A stretch of DNA of 33,937 nt from an uncultured Rikenellaceae bacterium (GCA_964403185.1 CAYOFK010000006.1:1-33937); one strand, 5' to 3'. Counted from the stretch's first letter, positions 18,033 to 26,628 are shown. Numbers and translations are program-made. Notes: generated by a model not told the origin, from the sequence alone.

Positions 18033-18803
18033 TTAATAGTCTTTAATTTCCGTGATATTGAGGTTTTCGGGATTGAGATCCACTTTGGTCATGTAGGATT
18101 CGCAGGTAGCGATATTAATTACGAGTAAAGATCCTGATAAAACGGGACCATATCCTGTGATCATTTTCAGCACCTCGCTGGCTTGCATGGTTCCAATAAT
18201 ACCGGGCAGCACACCAATGACACCCACATCCTCAGGCTGAACAGCCTCTTCCGGCCCGGGTGGTTCTGAGAGCAGGCACCTGAGAGTAGGTCCGCCCTTA
18301 TAGTTAAATACTGAAAATTGTCCTTCAAATTTATAAATGGAACCATATATCAACGGTTTTTTTTGGATGACACAAGCATCATTGATCAGGTAGCTGCTTT
18401 GGAGATTATCAGTGGCATCCACAACAATATCATACTCACCAACCACCGGAAGGGCATTCTTTTTGGAGAACTTGATGTTTAAGATATTTATGTCCAGAAG
18501 GTCGTTCAGTTCTTTCAGGCGCTCATTAGCTATTATGGCCTTGTGTTTTCCCAGATCGTGCGATCCATATAAAACCTGTCTTTGCAGGTTCGATTCATCC
18601 ACCTTATCATCATCCATAATGCCCAGGGTGCCCACACCGGCTGCAGCCAGGTATTGCAAAACAGGACATCCCAATCCGCCCGCACCAACTACCAGGACCC
18701 GGGCTTGTTTAAGCTTTTCCTGACCTTGTTGACTGATCTCGGGGATCATCATCTGACGCTGGTAGCGACGGATTTCTTTGGGGGTAAGTGGCAGAGATTT
18801 CAT
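18033..18803 (-). CDS. HesA/MoeB/ThiF-family adenylyltransferase (no rhodanese domain)
   Basis: RYQRQ, VVGAGGLG, DDDKVDESNLQRQ, DATDN, GTMQASEVLK. Confidence 0.9.
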   Translation of the reverse strand: MKSLPLTPKEIRRYQRQMMIPEISQQGQEKLKQARVLVVGAGGLGCPVLQYLAAAGVGTLGIMDDDKVDESNLQRQVLYGSHDLGKHKAIIANERLKELNDLLDINILNIKFSKKNALPVVGEYDIVVDATDNLQSSYLINDACVIQKKPLIYGSIYKFEGQFSVFNYKGGPTLRCLLSEPPGPEEAVQPEDVGVIGVLPGIIGTMQASEVLKMITGYGPVLSGSLLVINIATCESYMTKVDLNPENLNITEIKDY

Positions 18804-18873
18804 CTGTTATTATTTTAGAATATAAATATACAAATTCTTAAAATGGTTCCATTTGTCCTATAACATATAACCT

Positions 18874-18911
18874 TTAAACCTGCGAGGTTTTCGAAAACCC
18901 CGCAGGTTTAA
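18874..18911. repeat. Nested REP-like palindrome
   Basis: TTAAACCTGCGAGGTTTT-CG-AAAACCCCGCAGGTTTAA: 18-bp arms with one mismatch, and each arm is itself a mini-hairpin. Confidence 0.75.
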
Positions 18912-18943
18912 TATACTAATTGATTCAAGGATAAAATTACATA

Positions 18944-19915
18944 TTAAAATCCAAGGAGGACCAGGCCAATGGAATAAGGATATAATTCAGGACTGTTCTG
19001 GAACAGGGGAGTGATGTTATAATTTGCAAACAACCTCAGGAATTTAAAACCGGCCCTGAAAGTGACCTGTGCCTGTATGGGCGTTACACTGTAATCGTCA
19101 AAATTCCGAATGTCGTAATTGATGTTCTGATCGGTGTACCGGACCCGGGTATAAGCACGCAACTTCAACGAACCGATGACCCCGCCGGCGATATATAAAC
19201 GCCTGCCATATCTGCCTGGCGAAAGGTGAAACTCCATGATCAAAGGAATGGTAAAATAATCCACATGGAATTTGGACATGCTGACGCTTCCCGGCAAAGG
19301 AACCTCAACGATATTTCCCGTCGCATCCCTGGCAATGGTACTGGTGCCGCGAAATTTATAGTCGTTCAACTGAAATCCCATTCCTGTCACCAGCCCAATA
19401 CTCTGATGTGCAATGTTAAGACTGTACTGGAGGATGTTAAAATTCACATTCCAGGAATTGTTACTGCTCAGTGACATAAAATCATTGGGTAAATTAAAAC
19501 CCGGGGTCAGATAGTTGTTCATCCCCAGTTCAAATCCGGACCAGTGACCTTTAAAGCGCCGCTTAGACCTGAATTTGAATTCCCGGGCAATATCTTCCAC
19601 ATCCATGATTTCAACCGTGGTGCCACTACCGGTTTCAACGATCTTAATTCCCTTTTTACCCACCTTTATTCTTATAGTATCCTTTTTATCCTGTACGATC
19701 ACTCCGCCGTTCCGGCCAACCACCACTTCAGTTCCTGACTGGTCCTCAATCACAGAAACCACATTCCCTGATCCAAATCGAACATTCGTTGTATCTGAAG
19801 GCTTTTGATGGACCCTGGAGGTATCCTTAACGGGCACCACTTCTTTTTCCTGTGAATAAAGTGTAAGCGGTAAAACCACACCAATGATCAGAAGAATGGA
19901 AGCTGCATATTTCAT
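18944..19915 (-). CDS. Outer-membrane beta-barrel protein (PorT/OMP_b-brl-like) with N-terminal beta-rich extension
   Basis: Signal peptide, GHWSGFELGMNNY, YFTIPLIMEF, alternating amphipathic strands and a C-terminal Phe. Confidence 0.8.
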   Translation of the reverse strand: MKYAASILLIIGVVLPLTLYSQEKEVVPVKDTSRVHQKPSDTTNVRFGSGNVVSVIEDQSGTEVVVGRNGGVIVQDKKDTIRIKVGKKGIKIVETGSGTTVEIMDVEDIAREFKFRSKRRFKGHWSGFELGMNNYLTPGFNLPNDFMSLSSNNSWNVNFNILQYSLNIAHQSIGLVTGMGFQLNDYKFRGTSTIARDATGNIVEVPLPGSVSMSKFHVDYFTIPLIMEFHLSPGRYGRRLYIAGGVIGSLKLRAYTRVRYTDQNINYDIRNFDDYSVTPIQAQVTFRAGFKFLRLFANYNITPLFQNSPELYPYSIGLVLLGF

Positions 19916-19964
19916 GTTTAGTCTGTTTTAATGAACAATGGATCTTCTAGTACTTTGTCCCTAT

Positions 19965-19991
19965 GACGACGGGTATTACCATTTTGTTACA
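19965..19991 (-). promoter_or_regulatory. ECF sigma-type promoter for the beta-barrel gene (TGTAAC-N17-CGTC)
   Basis: Minus strand reads TGTAACAAAATGGTAATACCCGTCGTC, with the same -35, spacing and -10 as 21746-21772. Confidence 0.75.
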
Positions 19992-20149
19992 ACGATGTGG
20001 CAGGCAGGGTTTCGTACTTCATCTTTCTCCCTGATCCCCGGGGATCCCTGTTTTTCATGCACATCAGAATATCTGGCTTTTCAGTATTGCTATGGAAGGG
20101 ACCATCTTACAAAACAGGACAGGGAGCGTTGGTAATCAAATAATCCGGG

Positions 20150-21238
20150 TTAATCATTATCCAGTTGGGTGGAAAACTTCAAACCATCTGACACAAAAGC
20201 CAATGAGGTCAGTTTGCCATTCCGGTTTGTTGAGGAATTCAATTGTAAATGAGATCCGGTAAGTTTATTAATACCGTTGACTCCGGCTTTTGCAATGGCA
20301 ATAAGTAGTGGGGTGTAGGATTCTCCGGAATTCCGGGAGTTTAGGAGCTTAATCTTGAAATCCTTTATGGTATATGATTCAAGCGTTGCCAGATCGTCCT
20401 CTGTAAGAAATTCAGGAATATATATCACGGGAGGTTTCAGTCCGGCATCAGGGTTGGAGAGGGGGAGGAGATTAGCCTGCGTGGAAAGGATCTCCGGCAG
20501 GATGATCAACTCCCTGCTGACCTCAGAGGCAATCTTTTCCTCAGTATCATTTAAAGGTTTTTCAACAGTCTGTAACTTCAGGTAATTATTTGTTGCATTT
20601 GCGTCCTGTACTGCTAAAAGGGGCCTGACCTCCCCGGTTTCTTCCCGGGGTTTTATTTCAGTAATTACAGTTGGCACAGACGGGTTTTTATCATCTCCGG
20701 AAGCTATTGGGTCGCGGATGTGTGCCACGGTCTGGCGGCTTTCTCCAACCAGGAAGATCCGTAATACCAGTGCCAGTAAAATAAAAGCTGCTGCTGTATA
20801 ACGGATCCAGACGGGGATGAGTATTTTAAAACCCGGTTTCTTCAGCAATTTCTTCTGATCGAAATGCTCTGCGGAAGGCGACAGTTTTATCAGGGAATAC
20901 TGGTTAAATAAATATCTGAGTTCAGGGTCGGCACTCATTTTCTTCAGCAGGGCATTGGAATCAACCGGTTCCAGGTCTTTTTCAAGTTGGGCGATACATT
21001 CGAAATCCTCACGGGGAATGGTGTGTAGCAGGTCGGTGTGTGTTTTTTTCAGAAAGTCGTTTTGACCGAAGGAGATCAGGTTTGCAGAAACTTCTATTCC
21101 AACGATTGAAAACACCTCATCTTTCAGATCAGGATTTTGTTCAAGGAACATTCTGAAAGCTTCCGTTTGGAGAGCATTCAGATTTCCTTCAAGATAATCA
21201 AGGGCAAACACCTCATAATTGGCACGGTCGATTCTCAT
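20150..21238 (-). CDS. Probable single-pass anti-sigma factor
   Basis: Starts 2 nt after the ECF stop. N-terminus YEVFALDYLEGNL...FLEQNPDL is anti-sigma-like, followed by one TM (aa ~144-164) and a periplasmic tail. Confidence 0.72.
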   Translation of the reverse strand: MRIDRANYEVFALDYLEGNLNALQTEAFRMFLEQNPDLKDEVFSIVGIEVSANLISFGQNDFLKKTHTDLLHTIPREDFECIAQLEKDLEPVDSNALLKKMSADPELRYLFNQYSLIKLSPSAEHFDQKKLLKKPGFKILIPVWIRYTAAAFILLALVLRIFLVGESRQTVAHIRDPIASGDDKNPSVPTVITEIKPREETGEVRPLLAVQDANATNNYLKLQTVEKPLNDTEEKIASEVSRELIILPEILSTQANLLPLSNPDAGLKPPVIYIPEFLTEDDLATLESYTIKDFKIKLLNSRNSGESYTPLLIAIAKAGVNGINKLTGSHLQLNSSTNRNGKLTSLAFVSDGLKFSTQLDND

Positions 21239-21240
21239 GG

Positions 21241-21726
21241 TTAAATCAGTATTTCCACTTTTCCAATCCGTTCTTTCAGGAACAATCGTCCACGGTAGAT
21301 ATACACCTTCACTTTGGATTCAGAAAGGCCGGTAAGTTCAGAAATTTCTTTATAGGAATACCCTTCATAGTCTCTGAGGAGGATGACAGATCGCTGGTCT
21401 TCAGGAAGTTGAAGAATGATTTTATGAAGGATCTCATTGACATCGGGATGAATTTGTTCTTCAGCAGGTTCAACAGCTTGTTCGTTCAGATAGGCCTGCT
21501 GTCTTTTTTCTTTTCGAATGCCATCAATAAATGTGTGGTAAGCAGTTGAAAACAGATAGGATTTGCATTTTTCAAAAGGAACTTCCTCAATTTTCCGCCA
21601 CAATTTTTCATAGGAATCCTGAACAATATCTTTTGCTTTTTCCTCATCGGCCAGGCTTTTAAGGACAAACCTGAAAATATTATCGCTGTACAGGTCAACA
21701 GTTTTGTTGAATTCTTCAACGGTCAT
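21241..21726 (-). CDS. ECF RNA polymerase sigma factor
   Basis: Region 2 (AKDIVQDSYEKLW, KSYLF) and region 4 (LPEDQRSVILLRDYEGYSYKEI...VKVYIYRGR). Start ATG 21726 or 21735. Confidence 0.95.
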   Translation of the reverse strand: MTVEEFNKTVDLYSDNIFRFVLKSLADEEKAKDIVQDSYEKLWRKIEEVPFEKCKSYLFSTAYHTFIDGIRKEKRQQAYLNEQAVEPAEEQIHPDVNEILHKIILQLPEDQRSVILLRDYEGYSYKEISELTGLSESKVKVYIYRGRLFLKERIGKVEILI

Positions 21727-21745
21727 GGCACACATTCTAAATTAG

Positions 21746-21772
21746 GACGGTTTATGACAGGATTTTGTTACA
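21746..21772 (-). promoter_or_regulatory. ECF autoregulatory promoter (TGTAAC-N17-CGTC)
   Basis: Minus strand reads TGTAACAAAATCCTGTCATAAACCGTC immediately upstream of the sigma gene; matches the AAC/CGT ECF signature. Confidence 0.78.
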
Positions 21773-21931
21773 GGGCCAATAAATGGTTAGTTTATTGACG
21801 GCAAAAAAAACAGTTAGCTGCATTTCAGACAGCAAGATAGAGATAAAACTGTGAGACGGGGATTTTTAAAGTTATTTCCCTCAAATTTGTATCTTGGGAT
21901 TGTAATTTTCGGTAGCCAAACAGAATAAGCG

Positions 21932-24871
21932 ATGAAAAAACTCCTTTTTATCATCTTCATTACAGCCATCATCTTTTCATTTCACAACATCAGCCTGGGG
22001 CAGGAACCCCGGAATCATGATTCTGCAACGACAGAAACGAGCCGGCCAGGTGAACAGGAAGTCTTACATCAAAATGAAACCACACATGAAGAAGAGGGGT
22101 CTCCGGAGGGGTCTCATAGCGCCGATATGTCGCCCCTGTTTTTTATAATCATTGCCCTGATCATTGGAGCGGCCACAAGGCATTTTTTAAGAAAAAGCCC
22201 CTTACCGTTCACAGTGATGTTACTGATCATTGGGTTGATCATGGGGGCTGCTGTTCGTCTGGGCTGGCTGGGAAATTTTTCAGTTGGCAGCTTTCAGGTA
22301 GATTTGGATTTTCTTAAAAAATCCATCAGTTGGGCCGGTCATATAGAACCACATCTGATCCTTTATATTTTTCTTCCTACTTTAATATTCGAAGCTGCTT
22401 TTGCCATGGATGTTCATACATTCAGAAAAACGGCGGTCAATGTTACCATACTGGCCATACCCGGAATCATTGTGGCCATGCTTTTAACCGGGGTGCTTGT
22501 AATGAATCTCAATCTGTTTGGTTTGGCTATGGACGGTTGGGGCTGGGCCATGGCCTTTATGTTTGGGGCTGTGGTCAGTGCCACAGATCCGGTGGCGGTG
22601 GTGGCGGTTTTGAAAGATCTGGGTGCAAGCAAGAAACTGGGAACTCTGATAGAGGGTGAATCCATGCTTAACGACGGAACGGCCATTGTCATTTTTATGG
22701 TATTTCTGGCAGGACTTACCGGAGGGGCTTCAGATACTTCACCCATTCTGGAATTCTTACGTGTTGCAATTGGCGGTGTGGTGATTGGGTTTATTATTGG
22801 CAGTCTTTCGATATCCTGGGTACGCAGGGTTTTCAATGATGCCCTGGTTGAAATTTCAGTCATTATTGCGGCGGCTTATATTACCTTCTATATTTGCGAA
22901 CATTTTTTTCATGTATCGGGCGTACTGGGCCTGGTCACTCTGGGTTTGGCAATGGCAAGTGTTGGAAAGACACGGATCAGTCCGGAGGTGGAGCATTTTC
23001 TTCATGAATTTTGGGAATTGTTTGCCTTTATTGCAAACACACTGATTTTCATTATAGTGGGTGTGGTTATTGCCGAACAGGCTTCCTTTACACGCAAAAA
23101 CGTACTCATTCTCCTTATCGTGTACATTGGCATACATATCATCAGGGCCATTGTAATACTCCTGTTTTATCCGGTCATGCGAAAAGCGGGATATGGATTG
23201 CCCAAAAAGGATGCGCTGGTATTATGGTATGGAGCCCTTCGGGGCGCGGTTGGATTGGCATTGGCTTTAATTGTGGCAAGTGAAAGCAGTATTCCTGAAG
23301 AAATCCGCAGTCAATTCCTGTTCCTTACGGCGGGAATTGTGACCCTGAGTCTGCTTATAAATGCTACCACTATCAAATTTCTGGTAAATAAACTGGGTTT
23401 GACAAAATTATCCCCGGCCAAGGCTCTGATGCATGCAGATGCGTATAAATATCTCTATAACAGTTCACAAAATGCTCTGGATAAGGCAAAAAGAGACCGG
23501 TCCCTTCGCAGGGCGAACTGGGAGGTTGTGAAAGAATACCTTCCGGATCCGGTTGAAGAAGATGAAACAACATCCGTAAAAATTGATACCATTGCCGAAT
23601 TCAGGCGCCGGGTTCTTGAAAAGGAAAAAAGCAGCTACTGGCACCAGTTTAAAAATGGTTTGCTTGGGCCGGCGGCAGTTATGGGTTTAACCGAGACCAT
23701 TGATAATATCATTGATCAGGATGGCATGATCTCACTGTCTGAACGAATGGACCTGGAAGATTCGTGGAAAACCAGAAGCTGGCTGGACCTGATGCAGAAA
23801 ATTCCCTTTTTGGCAAAACTGTCACGCCGCTACTTTTTTGAAAAACTATCGGTAAGTTACGATAGCGCCCGCGCATTTGTTGAGGCACAGGAAGATGCAT
23901 TAAAGCTTGTTGAAAGCATGGTTCGGGGGCTTGAAACCGCCGGCATCAACAACCGGGAAGAAGATGCAAATATCCTGGGCATTATTGAGGAGGAGATTAA
24001 GGAAAATAAGATTCATGGGCAGACATTTTTAAGGAATCTCAGAAAAAATTACCCCGAAATCTATTCTGCCATTACTACCAGACAGGCCATCCGAACCTTG
24101 CTGAATTATGAAAAATATACAGTTGAACGCCTGATGAAAAACGGTCGCCTGGAAAGCAGTGAGGCAAGTAAGCTGATTTCCGAAATTGAAGAGCGCATGA
24201 AAAAGCTCATGGAATCACCGCCTCATGTAAAAATTCCGGATACGATCAGCCTTTTAAAAGAATCCTATCTCTTTAAAGATCTGAATCCGGGGGTTCTGGA
24301 AGAGATCATTCCTTTATTCCAGACAAAAGTGTTTCCCGCCGGGGATAAAATCATTCGTGAAAATGTCTCGGGCAATGGCCTCTATTTTATTGCCAGGGGA
24401 ACCGTCCGGATATCTGTTAAGGATGAGGTTGTGGACATACTGAACAGAGGACGGTATATTGGCGAAATTGCCGGACTTACAGGGATGGCCCGGTCTGCGG
24501 AGGTTGCTGCCGAATCTCCTGTTACAGCCCTTTGGATCTCCAGTTCCCATCTGAGAAAAGTGGTTTCCCAAAATCCGGAGATTACAGAACGCTTGTGGCA
24601 CATTGGCGGCGAACGCATCAGTGAAAACCTGCTGCGGGAAACCGAACCCTATTCTCAATGGAAGCATGAGCAAATCAAGAACCTTGTCCGTAAGGGTTTT
24701 TTGGTTTACAGGGGGCAGGTGTCCCATGAAGAATATCTGGATAAACTGAAGATATTGATTTCAGGAAAGGCAACAAATGCAAACAATAAATCCAGGATCT
24801 TTGAAGCGCCAGCCATCCTGGAAGCGGCCAGTTATAATTTCAGTCCCGATGCCTTGCTCTTTGTATGCTGA
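21932..24871 (+). CDS. CPA1 Na+/H+ antiporter with long cytoplasmic helical region and cyclic-nucleotide-binding domain (SOS1/SLC9C-like)
   Basis: FLPTLIFEAA, SATDPVAV, IEGESMLNDGTA, VSGVL, FWE..AFIANTLIF, GALRGAV; CNBD FPAGDKII...LYFIARGTV...GEIAGLTGMARSA. Confidence 0.92.
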   Translation: MKKLLFIIFITAIIFSFHNISLGQEPRNHDSATTETSRPGEQEVLHQNETTHEEEGSPEGSHSADMSPLFFIIIALIIGAATRHFLRKSPLPFTVMLLIIGLIMGAAVRLGWLGNFSVGSFQVDLDFLKKSISWAGHIEPHLILYIFLPTLIFEAAFAMDVHTFRKTAVNVTILAIPGIIVAMLLTGVLVMNLNLFGLAMDGWGWAMAFMFGAVVSATDPVAVVAVLKDLGASKKLGTLIEGESMLNDGTAIVIFMVFLAGLTGGASDTSPILEFLRVAIGGVVIGFIIGSLSISWVRRVFNDALVEISVIIAAAYITFYICEHFFHVSGVLGLVTLGLAMASVGKTRISPEVEHFLHEFWELFAFIANTLIFIIVGVVIAEQASFTRKNVLILLIVYIGIHIIRAIVILLFYPVMRKAGYGLPKKDALVLWYGALRGAVGLALALIVASESSIPEEIRSQFLFLTAGIVTLSLLINATTIKFLVNKLGLTKLSPAKALMHADAYKYLYNSSQNALDKAKRDRSLRRANWEVVKEYLPDPVEEDETTSVKIDTIAEFRRRVLEKEKSSYWHQFKNGLLGPAAVMGLTETIDNIIDQDGMISLSERMDLEDSWKTRSWLDLMQKIPFLAKLSRRYFFEKLSVSYDSARAFVEAQEDALKLVESMVRGLETAGINNREEDANILGIIEEEIKENKIHGQTFLRNLRKNYPEIYSAITTRQAIRTLLNYEKYTVERLMKNGRLESSEASKLISEIEERMKKLMESPPHVKIPDTISLLKESYLFKDLNPGVLEEIIPLFQTKVFPAGDKIIRENVSGNGLYFIARGTVRISVKDEVVDILNRGRYIGEIAGLTGMARSAEVAAESPVTALWISSSHLRKVVSQNPEITERLWHIGGERISENLLRETEPYSQWKHEQIKNLVRKGFLVYRGQVSHEEYLDKLKILISGKATNANNKSRIFEAPAILEAASYNFSPDALLFVC

Positions 24872-24901
24872 ACGTTTTTTTTTTATTCAAATATTAATTT
24901 C

Positions 24902-24909
24902 TACTTTTG
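24902..24909 (+). promoter_or_regulatory. Bacteroidota -7 box (TACTTTTG) for yceD-rpmF-plsX-fabH
   Basis: Exact TAnnTTTG followed by CA, 23 nt upstream of ATG 24933. Confidence 0.65.
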
Positions 24910-24932
24910 CACGACATTTTTTTCGAAGAACA

Positions 24933-25466
24933 ATGGAGGATTTGCAAACATATGAAATTCAATTCCGGGGTCTTTCAGAAGGGGAACATGATTTTCAGTT
25001 TAAAATAAACAATGAGTTCTTTAAATGTTTTGAGAAATCTGAAATCCGGAGGGGCTCATTAATAGCAAACATTTGCCTGATCAAAAAACCACGGATGCTT
25101 GAAATTGAAGTGCAGTTGATTGGACGGGTTGAGGTGCCATGTGACCGCTGCCTGGAGCCATTCATTTCGCTCCTTGACAATACGCATAAGTTATATGTGA
25201 AGTTTAGTAAAGAACCGGAGGAGGAAACTGAAGATCTTATTTTGCTTTCTGAAAAAGCCTGTAAAATAAATCTCGCTCATTACATTTATGAATTTATTCA
25301 TCTGAGTCTTCCGTATAAAAAAGTGCACCCCGAAGATGCATCAGGAAAAAGCCAGTGTAATCCGGAAATGCTTAAAAAGCTTGACCTGTTAACAGCAAAC
25401 CGGCCAGGTGAGGATACGGATTCGCGGTGGAAAGAATTGAAAGAAGTATTTACCAGTAAAAAATAA
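24933..25466 (+). CDS. yceD: DUF177/YceD family protein
   Basis: CDRCLE, YEFIHLSLP, D.RW..LK; canonical position before rpmF. Start moved from 24777 to ATG 24933. Confidence 0.9.
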   Translation: MEDLQTYEIQFRGLSEGEHDFQFKINNEFFKCFEKSEIRRGSLIANICLIKKPRMLEIEVQLIGRVEVPCDRCLEPFISLLDNTHKLYVKFSKEPEEETEDLILLSEKACKINLAHYIYEFIHLSLPYKKVHPEDASGKSQCNPEMLKKLDLLTANRPGEDTDSRWKELKEVFTSKK

Positions 25467-25477
25467 AATCAGGGAAA

Positions 25478-25663
25478 ATGGCACATCCAAAAAGAAAAAT
25501 TTCAAAACAAAGAAGAGATAAGAGGAGAACACACTACAAGGCCAAACTTCCTACTGTGGCCAGTTGTTCAAATTGTGGGGCCAGCGTACAGTACCACCGG
25601 GTTTGTCCCGAGTGTGGATATTATAAGGGTAAACTGGCTGTTGAGAAAGAATCAGCCGTATAA
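25478..25663 (+). CDS. rpmF: 50S ribosomal protein L32 (Zn-ribbon, C+ form)
   Basis: MAHPKRKISKQRRDKRRTH, CSNC...HRVCPECGYYKG. Confidence 0.98.
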   Translation: MAHPKRKISKQRRDKRRTHYKAKLPTVASCSNCGASVQYHRVCPECGYYKGKLAVEKESAV

Positions 25664-25686
25664 ATTCTCTAAATTCCGGTTAAATT

Positions 25687-26628
25687 ATGAAGATTGGGTT
25701 GGATGTAATGGGCGGTGACTTTGCCCCCGAAGCCACCATTCTTGGGGCTATTCAAGCCCGGAAGGAACTGGATGCAGAAACGACTCTGGTATTGGTTGGC
25801 GATGAGAAGATCATCAGAAACCTTCTGAAAAAGAAAAATGAGAATGCCGCCGGGTATGAGATCATCCATGCCGGAGAAATCATTGAAATGGGTGACCATC
25901 CTGCAAAAGCCTTTGCCCAAAAGACAAGTTCCAGCATATCCATTGGATTTAATCTTCTGAAGCAAGGGATCGTTGACGGATTTGGAAGCGCAGGAAATAC
26001 GGGTGCAATGCTGGTGGGCATACACTACTCCATCCGGACCATAACAGGCATTATCCGTCCGGCCATTGCCACTTTTATTCCCAACCAGTCTGACATACCA
26101 ACTCTGATTCTGGATGTTGGTCTGAATCCCGATAGCAAACCGGATGTATTATACCAGTATGCCATCATGGGGTCGGTATATTCCGAAAATGTTTGGAACA
26201 TTGAGGAACCCCGGGTGGCTTTGTTAAACATTGGATCGGAAGAATCCAAAGGGAATCTGGTGGTCCGGTCCGCCTATGATTTAATGGTTGGATCCAGGCA
26301 TTTTAATTTTGTTGGCAATATTGAGGCCAACGAATTGTTCAGCAATGCAAAAGCAGATGTAATCGTCTGTGATGGATTCGTCGGCAATGTGGTTCTGAAA
26401 GAAGCAGAGGCATTTTATAAACTGATCAGACAGAAGAAAATTGATGATCCGTATTTTGAGCGGTTCAATTTTGAGAATTTTGGAGGCAGTCCTATTCTTG
26501 GTGCCTCCTCGGTAGTAGTTATCGGACATGGAATATCCAATGCAAAGGCGATTAAAAACATGGTTTTGCAAACCAGGGAAATGGTTAAAGCAGGGCTGAT
26601 TGAAAAAATAAAAAACACGATCAAATGA
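25687..26628 (+). CDS. plsX: Phosphate acyltransferase
   Basis: [45 protein letters not shown]. Confidence 0.96.
   Translation: MKIGLDVMGGDFAPEATILGAIQARKELDAETTLVLVGDEKIIRNLLKKKNENAAGYEIIHAGEIIEMGDHPAKAFAQKTSSSISIGFNLLKQGIVDGFGSAGNTGAMLVGIHYSIRTITGIIRPAIATFIPNQSDIPTLILDVGLNPDSKPDVLYQYAIMGSVYSENVWNIEEPRVALLNIGSEESKGNLVVRSAYDLMVGSRHFNFVGNIEANELFSNAKADVIVCDGFVGNVVLKEAEAFYKLIRQKKIDDPYFERFNFENFGGSPILGASSVVVIGHGISNAKAIKNMVLQTREMVKAGLIEKIKNTIK

Noticed and set aside
19938-20135. 65-aa plus-strand ORF in the anti-sigma/barrel spacer
   Set aside because: Antisense to the operon, overlies the ECF promoter, and is not protein-like.
24866-24871. Cys-TGA end of the antiporter as possible selenocysteine (prompted by mnmH)
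   Set aside because: No SECIS-like hairpin follows (T-rich DNA), and read-through gives a short meaningless peptide. No in-frame TGA splits any recognisable gene in the window.
24777-24932. N-terminal extension of yceD, or an antiporter-yceD frameshift fusion at the T10 tract (24875-24884)
   Set aside because: The antiporter stops at 24871, before the tract, and yceD has its own -7 box and ATG at 24933.
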